A stretch of 64,000 bases of DNA, taken from Gammaproteobacteria bacterium (GTDB lineage Bacteria; Pseudomonadota; Gammaproteobacteria; Enterobacterales; Alteromonadaceae). Below are positions 1-9,556 of the stretch, piece by piece. The translations under genes were made by a program, and so were the position numbers. How positions within the stretch are numbered: position 1 is the stretch's first letter; every line of letters begins with the position of its first letter. The stretch lies in the NCBI GenBank assembly GCA_018826295.1, contig JAHJZX010000040.1, positions 79,688-143,687 of the forward strand. The letters are read 5' to 3'. The notes below the pieces were generated by a model. It was given only the letters and a program-made list of their open reading frames with translations, searched no databases and had not been told where the DNA came from.

Positions 1-42
1 GCTCAGCAAAGCTGCCAGTAGCAGCGAGCTAGATTTTTTCAT
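1..42 (-). CDS. 5' end of a gene running off the window (signal-peptide-like MKKSSSLLLAALLS...)
   Basis: CAT at 40-42 with GAGGA upstream on the minus strand; basic then hydrophobic N-terminus. Confidence 0.6.
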   Translation of the reverse strand, partial: MKKSSSLLLAALLS

Positions 43-367
43 TGGGTTGTCCTCGTCTTTTCTCTGCTGAATCAAAGTTCTTGCTGAGATTATCGTTATT
101 ATTTTTAGCGTCTCTTCCATGTGACTGGTTACAACTCCACCAACAACATAGACCAGTTAAAATTGATTGCAATACGCAGAATTAACGCTTTGACCGACGC
201 TTTTGCTGAAAAAAGCAGCGCGCTGTTTTAATTACCCAAAAATGTAAAACTTGTTAACGCCGTAAACTGGTCGCGGTAGTTAGCTGCGGTCTTTTTTGGT
301 GCAGCAACATGACAAAACTGTTGTTTAAAGTGATTACTCAAACTATTTTGCAGAATTTTCGCCGGCC

Positions 368-400
368 AATAAAAAACGCAGCCGAAGCTGCGTTTTTATT
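368..400. terminator. Intrinsic terminator downstream of the M16 peptidase gene
   Basis: AAAAAACGCAGC-CGAA-GCTGCGTTTTT hairpin with A/T tracts on both sides. Confidence 0.8.
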
Positions 401-417
401 AACAGAATGGCGCTGAG

Positions 418-3297
418 TTACTGGCGTTTCATCTGGCGATGAAAGGCTGCCACGTCGGTTACTTTAGTCTGGCCGGGTAAGTCAGAAAACGGCTGATCAG
501 CAAACTTGGTACCGCGCATTTGCACCGAAATACGTGCGGCGTTAGGGTTTAACATGGTTTCACGGTAGAAGGCTTTCACATCGGCCAGGCTAACCTGCTC
601 TGTTGCCGCTATTAGCTGTTGCTCGCTGTCAAAGCTAAACTTCTCGCGATACCAATCCGTTATAAACGGGCCGACTTCTTCGCGTAGGTTTTTCGCCGGC
701 TCTTTTAGCGTGATTAAAGTACTGGCTTTAAGTTTAGCGAAATCGTCTTCTGTCAGTTTATCCAACTCGGTTGCATACTGCTGTTTAAAGCTGTCGAAGC
801 GCGCCTGTATCTCGGCGACACTTTTAACCGGTGTTTGAATATACATTGCAAAACCAACATAGTCTTCCAGCTGCATTGAAGTACCGCCAACGGCATAAGC
901 CAGTTGCTCTTCAGTGCGCAGCTTATCAAAGGCAATATTGCTAAAATGGCTGCGTAATATGGTTGCGCGCGCCAATTGGGCGTATGACGGCTCTGGGTGA
1001 ACATGCACATCGACCAGCGCCACATCGGCAACATCGATATCTTTTTGTACTACCAACGCTTCACCCGGTTTAGGTAACCAAAATGCCGTACGGCTGTATG
1101 GTTGGGTATTGCGCTTCGCCGGCAATGCTGCTGCAACGGTTTTAACTACCTGCTCAACTGCGGCTTTGTCATAGTTACCAAAAGCAAAAATACGCAGCTG
1201 ATTATTCGCCAGTAAGCCCTCTACCGCGGCGTTCAGCTCTGCCAGTGTCAGGTTTTGCGCAGCTTGTACCAGTGCATCAGCTTCATAATTGCCAGAGCGC
1301 ACCAGGCTGTTGTAGGCTAAAAACGCCTGTTGAAACGGGAATTGCTTACTCTGGTTTTGTACGCCACGGATAAAGCGATCTTTGGCCTGGGCAAAGCCTT
1401 GTTCATCGGTAGTAATGGCTAAGCCTGCCAGCGCCTGCTGTAACAACTGCGGCTGTTTATCGGTAAAACCGGCCACACTAAGTGCCAGGCCATTGCCATC
1501 ACGCAAGCTTAGCTGCATACCGGCAATATCGGCTTCAGTAGCCAGCGCACTTTGCTGCAGGTTATACAGATCACGCCACAGCGACAGCGCAACTTTAGCC
1601 TTAACCTGTTGCTGCACGGTATCACTGTTGAGAAAGATCTCCAGCACGCCACGCGGCTGGCCGGCAAACTGCTGGCTGGGATACAACCAGGCGCTAATGT
1701 TCTGTTGCTGCACCACCAATTCTGGCTTGTCTTGTGCCTGTGGTGCTTTTAAGGCGAAGTTTTCTGGCAACATACGGTTTACGGTAGGCAAACTCAGCGC
1801 CAGCTGTGGTGTCTTTTGCCAGCTTAGTTGCTCTTCTTGGCTGATATCGGCAATTTTGTACTTACCGTCATAAAAATGCAGGCTGCTGTCGTGCGGCTCC
1901 TGCTTGCTGATATACCACAACCGTAAACGCTGCGGCGTTAACTGCGCCAGCACATCATTCACTGCTTTAGCATCGAACTGTTGATAGTAGAAAGGCGCAT
2001 TAATGGCGTTACGCGATGGTACTTTTTGCATCGCATCGGCCAGGCTGGCTACATAACCAAATTCGTCGCCTTTCTCCAGGAATCGGAACTGGTTGTTCAG
2101 GCTGGTTTGTATTTCACTAAAGTACTTGCTGTCGACGCCCTGCTGTTTGATCAGGTCTATATACTGCATCACCGTGGCAACTATGCCTTCGCGGTTTTGC
2201 ATGCCGGCGTCGGTCAGATCAATATCAACACTCAGCGAACCATAGTTACCGTATAAGTCTGGTGTGGCACTGGCATTTAATTTTGAAATCAAGCCCATAG
2301 CTTTTAACTGATGGGCCGGCGTGCCAGGCATTTCTGAACCAAGCAAATAAGTAATAAATTCGTTTGGTTTAACAGCAAACAGCTCGCTGTTATTGCTGAT
2401 AGTAAAATCCAGTTTTAGCTGTTTAACGTCATTGTTCGGTACATAATGAATGCGCTTACCGGCCAACTGGCTAAAATCTACATTGTCGGTAACGGCTGGC
2501 TTAGCAATGTTTTTATTTTCAATGCTGGCAAAATGTTTAACCGCCAGTTGCTCCATCTCAGCCAGCGGCAGGTTACTTAGCAGCACAGCCTTCATAATAT
2601 TGGCCGAGTAGTATTTATTATAAAACGCCACGGTTTCACTGTGCAGCTGGCTGCCCTCTTTGTCGCCTAAGGTTTCCAGGTTGCCAATTAAAAACCGGTT
2701 GGCCGGGTGGCTGCCCATCATATTACGCGCTAGCTTGTACTGGCCAAAAAAGTCCATTTCGCGGCGCATAGACCACTCGGCGTTTACCGCATTTTTTTCT
2801 TTGTCGGTGTATTCCGGGTATAACTTGGGCGCTTTAAAAAAGTCAGAAAAACGATCCAGACCTTCATCATAAGCGTCGTTGTTTACCTTAAACATATAGT
2901 TGGTAATATCCAGCCAGGTATAGGCGTTTTGTGCACCGCCATGGGCTGTCATAAAAGCACTGTATTCGTTAGTGTCAGGATAGCGCTCGGTGCCCAAAAA
3001 CAGCATATGCTCTAAATAATGCGCCATACCTTGCTGACTCATTGGATCTTGCAATAAACCTACCCCGACACTTAGCGCGGCGGCAGACTTTTCTGCGGCA
3101 GGATCTGACACCAGCATGACTTCCAGTTTGTTTGGCAGTACTAGCGTTTTATAAGCGCGATTATCATTCGGGCTGGCCACGACCTGGCCCTGTAGTTGTT
3201 GTTGGCTTACTTGCGCATCAGCCGATACGCTACGCTCAGCGGCACAGCCGGTTAGTACCGCCAGCGCTACCGCGCTGATTACAAATATTTTTTTCAT
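418..3297 (-). CDS. M16 family zinc peptidase (pitrilysin/insulinase-like), lipoprotein
   Basis: 959 aa; inverted zinc motif HYLEH, NAYT motif, lipobox LTGC. Confidence 0.92.
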   Translation of the reverse strand: MKKIFVISAVALAVLTGCAAERSVSADAQVSQQQLQGQVVASPNDNRAYKTLVLPNKLEVMLVSDPAAEKSAAALSVGVGLLQDPMSQQGMAHYLEHMLFLGTERYPDTNEYSAFMTAHGGAQNAYTWLDITNYMFKVNNDAYDEGLDRFSDFFKAPKLYPEYTDKEKNAVNAEWSMRREMDFFGQYKLARNMMGSHPANRFLIGNLETLGDKEGSQLHSETVAFYNKYYSANIMKAVLLSNLPLAEMEQLAVKHFASIENKNIAKPAVTDNVDFSQLAGKRIHYVPNNDVKQLKLDFTISNNSELFAVKPNEFITYLLGSEMPGTPAHQLKAMGLISKLNASATPDLYGNYGSLSVDIDLTDAGMQNREGIVATVMQYIDLIKQQGVDSKYFSEIQTSLNNQFRFLEKGDEFGYVASLADAMQKVPSRNAINAPFYYQQFDAKAVNDVLAQLTPQRLRLWYISKQEPHDSSLHFYDGKYKIADISQEEQLSWQKTPQLALSLPTVNRMLPENFALKAPQAQDKPELVVQQQNISAWLYPSQQFAGQPRGVLEIFLNSDTVQQQVKAKVALSLWRDLYNLQQSALATEADIAGMQLSLRDGNGLALSVAGFTDKQPQLLQQALAGLAITTDEQGFAQAKDRFIRGVQNQSKQFPFQQAFLAYNSLVRSGNYEADALVQAAQNLTLAELNAAVEGLLANNQLRIFAFGNYDKAAVEQVVKTVAAALPAKRNTQPYSRTAFWLPKPGEALVVQKDIDVADVALVDVHVHPEPSYAQLARATILRSHFSNIAFDKLRTEEQLAYAVGGTSMQLEDYVGFAMYIQTPVKSVAEIQARFDSFKQQYATELDKLTEDDFAKLKASTLITLKEPAKNLREEVGPFITDWYREKFSFDSEQQLIAATEQVSLADVKAFYRETMLNPNAARISVQMRGTKFADQPFSDLPGQTKVTDVAAFHRQMKRQ

Positions 3298-3427
3298 TGG
3301 TTCACCAAAGTTAGACGGGTTGTTACTTTATATATCAGCCAATGTAATAAAAACGGTGACAGCCCGCCAGCCCGGCTGCTAACTGGATTGTAATAAAATG
3401 TGTCGGCCACTTATTAACGCCGGGCTG

Positions 3428-4321
3428 TTAGCTTAGCGCCGTATCTAATAACAGCATCAGTACAAAGCCCAGCATTAGTCCGTTGGTGGCGGCCAGCTCA
3501 TGACCCTGACGGTGTGACTCCGGGATCATTTCATGGCTGATAACAAACAACATCGCGCCGGCAGCCAACGCCAGCCCCCAGGGCAATAACAGGCTGGATT
3601 CACCCAGTACAGCCGCACCAACAATAGCCATTAGCGGCTCAGTTAAACCAGACAATACCGCTATGCTTACTGCCAGCGTGCGGCTATAACCTACTGCCAG
3701 CAGCGCCATCGCAACGACCAGGCCTTCAGGAATATCTTGTACAGATATACCGGTAGCCAGCGCCATAGCAGCTAAATTGTCGCCTGCAGCAAAGGAAGCT
3801 CCAATAGCCAGGCCTTCAGGAATATTATGCAGTGCTATGGCAAAGACAAATAACCAGCTGCGACGCAGAGTTTTATTGCGCGCCCTGTCTTCATCTTTAA
3901 TAAAATGCTGGTGCGGCACCAAGCGCTCTAACAGCAACATAGCAGCCCCACCTAGCAATATCGCCAGCGCTACACTGCCCGAACTGTACCACGCAGATGC
4001 ACCGCTATCTGCCAATAGCGTCAGCGCCGGCACTATTAACGAAAACATACAGGCGGCCAGCATGACACCGGCGCCAAAACCCAGCATAACATCATGCAGT
4101 TTTTGCGATAAGCGCCGCATAAACAGTGCCGGCAGCGCACCAGCCGCCGTTGCGACAGCGGCTACCATGCCAGCATAAAAAGCATGCCGTATCAGGCTGT
4201 TTTGTTGCAACAAAAACAGCAGTTGCAACACACCGTAAGCGGCTCCTGCTAACACTACCAAAAGCCCCATCAGTTGACGGCCGCTTAAGGCTGGTAAGGT
4301 TAAAGATGCAGCGGGTTTCAC
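3428..4321 (-). CDS. ZIP family divalent metal transporter (ZupT/GufA-like)
   Basis: Multi-TM protein with HNIPEG and QDIPEG motifs; ATGA overlap with the sod gene. Confidence 0.9.
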   Translation of the reverse strand: MKPAASLTLPALSGRQLMGLLVVLAGAAYGVLQLLFLLQQNSLIRHAFYAGMVAAVATAAGALPALFMRRLSQKLHDVMLGFGAGVMLAACMFSLIVPALTLLADSGASAWYSSGSVALAILLGGAAMLLLERLVPHQHFIKDEDRARNKTLRRSWLFVFAIALHNIPEGLAIGASFAAGDNLAAMALATGISVQDIPEGLVVAMALLAVGYSRTLAVSIAVLSGLTEPLMAIVGAAVLGESSLLLPWGLALAAGAMLFVISHEMIPESHRQGHELAATNGLMLGFVLMLLLDTALS

Positions 4322-4926
4322 GGTTGCTCCAGATACAACTGCGCCACACAGGGCCAGTTAATCAGGTTAAAAAACGCCGCGACATACTCCGGCCGTTTGT
4401 TTTGATATTGCAGATAGTACGCATGCTCCCAGACATCCAACCCCAAAATAGGTGTGAATCCGTCCATCAAGGGGCTGTCCTGATTCGCACTGCTGGTTAC
4501 CAGCAAACTGCCATCAGCCCGCTTAACCAACCAGGCCCAGCCACTACCAAAACGGCTTAGCGCCGCAGCGATAAAGCGCTGTTTGAATTCAGCAAAGCTG
4601 CCAAAGCTTTGTGCTATTGCTGTTGCCAGCGCGCCGTCAGGCTCACCGCCGCCCTCTGGCGTCATGACTTGCCAAAACAAACTGTGGTTGGCATGGCCAC
4701 CACCGTGGTTACGCACAGCCAGTTGCAGCGTTTCTGGTAACTGCGCAATCTGCTGTAACAAGCGTTTTAACGGCCAGTTGGCATAAACGCTATCAGCGAC
4801 AGCGGCATTTAGGCCATTTACATAGGCTTGATGATGCCTGCTATGGTGAATTTCCATCGTTAACGCATCCAGATGTGGCTCTAACGCAGTGTAACTATAA
4901 GGCAAGGCGGGCAGGCTAAATGGCAT
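4318..4926 (-). CDS. sodA: Superoxide dismutase, Mn-type
   Basis: HHSRHH, GGGHANH, NQDSP and DVWEHAY motifs; GGGH plus QD are Mn-type signatures; start moved to ATG of MPFSLP. Confidence 0.9.
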   Translation of the reverse strand: MPFSLPALPYSYTALEPHLDALTMEIHHSRHHQAYVNGLNAAVADSVYANWPLKRLLQQIAQLPETLQLAVRNHGGGHANHSLFWQVMTPEGGGEPDGALATAIAQSFGSFAEFKQRFIAAALSRFGSGWAWLVKRADGSLLVTSSANQDSPLMDGFTPILGLDVWEHAYYLQYQNKRPEYVAAFFNLINWPCVAQLYLEQP

Positions 4927-4954
4927 AACAAACTCCGGCAAAGATAAAACATCA

Positions 4955-4973
4955 ATTGATAATCATTATCATT
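4955..4973. promoter_or_regulatory. Fur box between sodA and the divergent gene pair
   Basis: ATTGATAATCATTATCATT, 18/19 match to AATGATAATCATTATCATT. Confidence 0.88.
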
Positions 4974-5031
4974 TGCATTAATTTAAAAAACAAACCATAT
5001 TTTGCGCAATATTGTTGAACAGGAACCTGAG

Positions 5032-5499
5032 ATGGACGCCATAACGCACTGGAAACAGATTATTACCCAGGCCAATAAAGCCTTTGCCCATGATCACTTT
5101 GCACTGGCAGCAGGGCTATATCAGCACGCAGCCGGTGTAATGACCGACGCCTGGCCGGATTACGTGGAAAACCAACAGCATTTGTCACAACAGCAGTGGC
5201 AGGATAGCGTTGTACAGCTGGTGCTGTGCTACTCGATTAGTGTGCAAAATCTGGCCGAAACCTATGCCCGGCAACAACGTTGGCGCCGCTGTCTTAGTGT
5301 ATTGCGCCAGACATTAAGCCAGTTACAACGCTTGCTGCAACAACTGCCAGGTAACCATCCGGCCAGCATAGCCGTACTGTGGGAAAGCTGTCATATCCGT
5401 CGCGAGTTTTGCCGTTTTAGCCAGCAGCATCAACCGGCACATAAGCATAGCCTGAGCACGGAGCCCTACGCTGGCAAAGCGCACGGCTGGTTACATTAA
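5032..5499 (+). CDS. Hypothetical helical protein, DUF2753-like
   Basis: ATG 5032 after AGGA; W-x-A-x-A-F-x-A-x-Y pattern recalled for DUF2753; His-rich tail ending WLH. Confidence 0.55.
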   Translation: MDAITHWKQIITQANKAFAHDHFALAAGLYQHAAGVMTDAWPDYVENQQHLSQQQWQDSVVQLVLCYSISVQNLAETYARQQRWRRCLSVLRQTLSQLQRLLQQLPGNHPASIAVLWESCHIRREFCRFSQQHQPAHKHSLSTEPYAGKAHGWLH

Positions 5500-5519
5500 G
5501 CCGGGTAAAAAGGGTATCT

Positions 5520-5891
5520 ATGTTATCAATACAATGTAGTAGTTGGCAGGACTTCAGCCGGTTAAGCCGATTGGTAAAACAACAGGCCGCTTCGCCAGCA
5601 GATTATGCCCGGCTGGTAGCCGATTATTGTTGTTGCAGTTGCCGCTTAGCCAGTTTACTGGCGTCAGAAAAGAATATACTGCTGCAGGAATGGTGCCTGC
5701 GTTATGCGTTGTTTACTCTGGCTGATATTGCTGCCGATCCCAGGTGTCAGACTACCGCCAGAACGCTCTGCCTGAATAATCTGTATGTGCCGCTTAGGGC
5801 ATTGATCCGCTATTACCAACAGCAGCCGCAGGGACGAGCCGATATTGCAGCCTTGCATGCAAAGTTACGCCATTGCCTGGCTATGATGTAA
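5520..5891 (+). CDS. Hypothetical protein, FagA-like, with CCCSC cluster
   Basis: 123 aa; segment LADIAAD...ARTLCLNNLYVPLRAL resembles recalled Pseudomonas FagA; Fur/sod context. Confidence 0.5.
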   Translation: MLSIQCSSWQDFSRLSRLVKQQAASPADYARLVADYCCCSCRLASLLASEKNILLQEWCLRYALFTLADIAADPRCQTTARTLCLNNLYVPLRALIRYYQQQPQGRADIAALHAKLRHCLAMM

Positions 5892-5913
5892 CGGCTAGCA
5901 ACGGTTAACCCGC

Positions 5914-5944
5914 TAAGATGGGCAAACTGCTGTTGCCCATCTTA
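5914..5944. terminator. Hairpin terminator between convergent genes
   Basis: TAAGATGGGCAA-N7-TTGCCCATCTTA perfect 12-bp stem. Confidence 0.75.
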
Positions 5945-5963
5945 TACAGTAACAAAGCGGTTG

Positions 5964-6431
5964 TTACATCTGTGATTGCAGGTAGTTTTGCAGACCCAGC
6001 AGTTTAATCAGATTCAGTTGTTGCTCTAACCAGTGGGCGTGATCAACTTCAGTATCGTCCAATAATTGCTGCAGCATAGCGCGGGTGACGTAATCCTGCT
6101 GTTGCTCACACAAGGCCATGGTTTGCTTTAGCAGCTTTTGCACTGTGTATTCCACCTGCAAGTCATTCTGCAACATAGTTGGTACATCATGGCCTACGTG
6201 AATGGCATCACGCTTGCTCATATCCGGCACACCTTGTAAAAAGATAATGCGTTCTATCAGTTTTGAGGCATGGCCCTTTTCGTCATCAAACTCATGGTCT
6301 ATACGCTCAAATAACTTGTGCAGGCCCCAGTCGTGGTACATACGCGAATGAATAAAATACTGGTCCATCGCTGCCAGTTCATTGGCCAGCAACACGTTCA
6401 GCGCATCGATTACGGTTTTATTGCCTTGCAT
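5964..6431 (-). CDS. bfr: Bacterioferritin subunit, ferroxidase type (no haem Met)
   Basis: ELAAMDQYFIH, DEKGH retains E/H ligands but has K at the Met52-equivalent position. Confidence 0.92.
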   Translation of the reverse strand: MQGNKTVIDALNVLLANELAAMDQYFIHSRMYHDWGLHKLFERIDHEFDDEKGHASKLIERIIFLQGVPDMSKRDAIHVGHDVPTMLQNDLQVEYTVQKLLKQTMALCEQQQDYVTRAMLQQLLDDTEVDHAHWLEQQLNLIKLLGLQNYLQSQM

Positions 6432-6905
6432 TTATTCGCCTCCCAGCTGTGCTTGCAGGTAATTAGCCAGCCCCATAGCGCTGATTTGATGCTGTTGCGT
6501 TTCCAGCCAGTCTAAATGTTCTTCTTCGTATTCCAGTATTTCGGTCAGCATGTCACGGCTGACATAATCCTGCTCGGCCTCACACAGCGCTATAGCAGCG
6601 CGCAGCAAAGGTAATTGTTCAATTTGAAAGTCCATATCGCATTGCAGCATTTCCGGCGTATCTTCACCGATGCGTAACTTGCCCAGCGCCTGTAAATTTG
6701 GCAGACCGTCCAGCATTAAAATACGCTCGATCAGTTCATCCGCCTGTTTCATATCTTTAATCGATTTTTTGTAACAGACATCATTCAGCGCTTTTAAGCC
6801 CCAGTTTTTGTAGATGCGGGCATGTAAAAAGTACTGATTAATCGAGGTTAATTCGGCAGTTAGCACCTCATTAAGTTTTGACAATACCTGCGGGTTACCT
6901 TTCAT
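6432..6905 (-). CDS. bfr: Bacterioferritin subunit, haem-binding type
   Basis: MKGN start at 6905; [11 protein letters not shown]; DMKQ retains Met52 but alters E51/H54. Confidence 0.92.
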   Translation of the reverse strand: MKGNPQVLSKLNEVLTAELTSINQYFLHARIYKNWGLKALNDVCYKKSIKDMKQADELIERILMLDGLPNLQALGKLRIGEDTPEMLQCDMDFQIEQLPLLRAAIALCEAEQDYVSRDMLTEILEYEEEHLDWLETQQHQISAMGLANYLQAQLGGE

Positions 6906-7161
6906 TGTGCCAGCCTTTTTATGCAACAGAAAATATGCCGACAAGTGTAGTCCAAAAAGCAAAGCATGGCAAAATTTTGTTTATTATCAACAACATACTA
7001 TTGTTAATGATTCGTATTATTAACTTGTTTCGCTTCCCGTTTTCGCCAACGTATATGGCGGCGTTTTTATGGTCGCTGGCCGCATGTCTTTTGTATTTGC
7101 TAAGGTTTTACGGTAAACAGGTAAGCATAAACAATAACAGCACCGACACCCCGGGGGAGTA

Positions 7162-8664
7162 ATGAAACTAATCACACCTTTAGCCTTGTTGCTATTTGTC
7201 TGTAGCACACTAGTGCAGGCAACAGAGCGGCAGATTGACATTGATAATAAAGTGACGACTGAGCATAAAACCGAAGTAAACGGCAAGCGTTTTAGCTACA
7301 GTGCTACCAGCGGCACCCAACCGGTGTGGGATGACGAGGGTAATCCTACCGCCACGTTGTTTTATACCTACTACCAGCGTAGTGACATTAAAGATCGCAG
7401 TAAGCGGCCGTTGCTTATTTCCTTTAACGGCGGTCCGGGCTCGGCATCAGTATGGATGCACGTGGCCTACACCGGCCCTAAAGTGCTGAATGTCGACGAC
7501 GAAGGCTACCCGCTACAACCTTATGGCGTAAAAACCAACCCTTACTCGGTACTGGATGTGGCAGACATCGTGTTTGTTAATCCGGTTAATACCGGCTACT
7601 CGCGCGTTTTGCCGGGTAAAGATGGCAAAATGCCAAGCAAAGATCAGCAGCAGAGGATGTTTTTTGGCGTCAATGCCGATGTGAAGTATCTGGCTGAGTG
7701 GGTTAATACCTTTGTCAGTCGCAATGAACGTTGGCAGTCGCCAAAGTTTTTAATCGGTGAAAGCTATGGCACCACCCGCGTATCGGGTTTGGCACTGGCA
7801 CTGCAAAACCAGCAGTGGATGTACTTAAACGGTGTGGTACTGGTATCGCCAACTGACTTAGGCATAGATCGCGCAGGCCCGGTAAAAGCCGCCAACCGCC
7901 TGCCTTATTTTGCTGCAACCGCCTGGTACCATAAAAAGCTCAGCAACGAGCTGCAACAAAAAGACTTATACGACATTCTGCCGGAAGTAGAACAATTTAC
8001 CCTAAACCAGTACCTGCCGGCCTTAGCTAAAGGCAACGCCATTAGCCAGGAAGAAAAGCAGCGTGTTGCCCAGCAAGTGGCCAGCTACTCCGGTTTATCG
8101 CTTCAGGCGGTATTGCAGAATAATCTGGATATTCCTACCAGTTACTATTGGAAAGAACTGCTGCGTGATCGTGGCCAGACCGTTGGCCGTTTAGATTCAC
8201 GCTATTTAGGCATAGATAAGCGTGACGCCGGTGACACACCGGATTACAACGCTGAACTCACCTCCTGGCTGCACTCGTTTACACCGGCGATTAACTACTA
8301 CCTGCGTAACGAGCTGAACTATAAAACCGACGTCAAATACAATATGTTTGGCCCGGTGCACCCGTGGGATAGAAGTGACGACAACACCGGCGAAAACCTA
8401 CGTCAGGCCATGGCACAAAACCCTTATTTAAAAGTGCTAACCCAGTCAGGCTACTATGATGGCGCCACCAACTACTTCGATGGCAAATACAATATGTGGC
8501 AGCTGGACCCAAGCGGCAAAATGAAACACCGCTTAAGTTTCAAAGGCTATCGCAGCGGCCATATGATGTACCTGCGCGCGGAAGATTTACAGAAATCTAA
8601 CGACGATTTGCGCCAGTTTATCTTAGATGCCATCCCGGCAGAGGGTATCGCGGCTAAGTACTAG
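7162..8664 (+). CDS. S10 family serine carboxypeptidase, secreted
   Basis: NGGPGSAS, GESYG nucleophile, GHMMY catalytic His, signal peptide. Confidence 0.9.
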   Translation: MKLITPLALLLFVCSTLVQATERQIDIDNKVTTEHKTEVNGKRFSYSATSGTQPVWDDEGNPTATLFYTYYQRSDIKDRSKRPLLISFNGGPGSASVWMHVAYTGPKVLNVDDEGYPLQPYGVKTNPYSVLDVADIVFVNPVNTGYSRVLPGKDGKMPSKDQQQRMFFGVNADVKYLAEWVNTFVSRNERWQSPKFLIGESYGTTRVSGLALALQNQQWMYLNGVVLVSPTDLGIDRAGPVKAANRLPYFAATAWYHKKLSNELQQKDLYDILPEVEQFTLNQYLPALAKGNAISQEEKQRVAQQVASYSGLSLQAVLQNNLDIPTSYYWKELLRDRGQTVGRLDSRYLGIDKRDAGDTPDYNAELTSWLHSFTPAINYYLRNELNYKTDVKYNMFGPVHPWDRSDDNTGENLRQAMAQNPYLKVLTQSGYYDGATNYFDGKYNMWQLDPSGKMKHRLSFKGYRSGHMMYLRAEDLQKSNDDLRQFILDAIPAEGIAAKY

Positions 8665-8676
8665 AGTTTAAGATGT

Positions 8677-8710
8677 AAAAAGATCCCCGGAATACCGGGG
8701 ATTTTTTATT
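8677..8710 (+). terminator. Intrinsic terminator
   Basis: ATCCCCGG-AATA-CCGGGGAT followed by T tract. Confidence 0.8.
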
Positions 8711-8760
8711 TAGTATCCGCATTAGCTATACTGTACTGGTCTTAATTAAGAGAGCCTGGT

Positions 8761-9396
8761 TTGAAAACCTTCACTTTGTTGTTCAGTTTGGTACTTTTTC
8801 ACACCATGGCCAGCCAACCGGTGCGTATTGGTATGCCGCTGGGCGACTCTGAGCTACGGGATAAGCTGCAGCGGCATGTCAGCCAGGCCTATAGCCAATT
8901 AGGCTTTACACCCGAGTTTATAGCCCTGCCGTCTGAGCGACGCTTACGGCTGTTAATAGATGGCGAGATAGATGCCGATTTATTTCGCATCTGCCAGTTA
9001 GACGAAGCCAATGACGAGCTACTGGTGGTGCCGGTCATTCTGGATAGATTGCGGCTAAATGCCTATAGCCTGAACAGTGGCAAACTGATGAACTGGCAAC
9101 AACGCAACGATTTACTGATAAGCCATATTCGCGGCTTTAAAATGGCCGAACAACAAGAGTTTGCTGGTGTAAGGGTGCTGGTGAACAGTGACGCCCAGGC
9201 TTTTGGTTTAATGCTGCAAGGCCGGGTAGACCTGGTGCTGGAAGACAGCCGTACAGCGGAGAAATTTCTGGCTGCTCAGCAGGACATGCAGAGCATTATC
9301 TGGCAGAGCGTGGCCGACTTTACTATGTGTCATGTGATCAATCGTAGCTTGCAACCGCATTTACCGGCCATTACCTTACAACTGCAACACCATTAA
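8761..9396 (+). CDS. Orphan periplasmic substrate-binding protein (family 3-like)
   Basis: P-x-x-R-x-L-x-L-x-x-G-E-I-D and ML-x-GRVD motifs; TTG start. Confidence 0.7.
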   Translation: MKTFTLLFSLVLFHTMASQPVRIGMPLGDSELRDKLQRHVSQAYSQLGFTPEFIALPSERRLRLLIDGEIDADLFRICQLDEANDELLVVPVILDRLRLNAYSLNSGKLMNWQQRNDLLISHIRGFKMAEQQEFAGVRVLVNSDAQAFGLMLQGRVDLVLEDSRTAEKFLAAQQDMQSIIWQSVADFTMCHVINRSLQPHLPAITLQLQHH

Positions 9397-9556
9397 ACTG
9401 AACCACCGCATAACAGCAACTTTTACCCAACGCACCACAAAACGTAACATTCACCATATTTTCACCAAATTGTTACCTTAAGTACATTATTTTGCTCTAT
9501 GGTTTATTGGCGCGGCCTACTGGCTTGCGGTACTACTATAAAACAGAGAGAGCTAT

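Noticed and set aside
7002-7020. Fur box upstream of the bfr pair (GTTAATGATTCGTATTATT)
   Set aside because: Only 13/19 match in an AT-rich region; not enough to call
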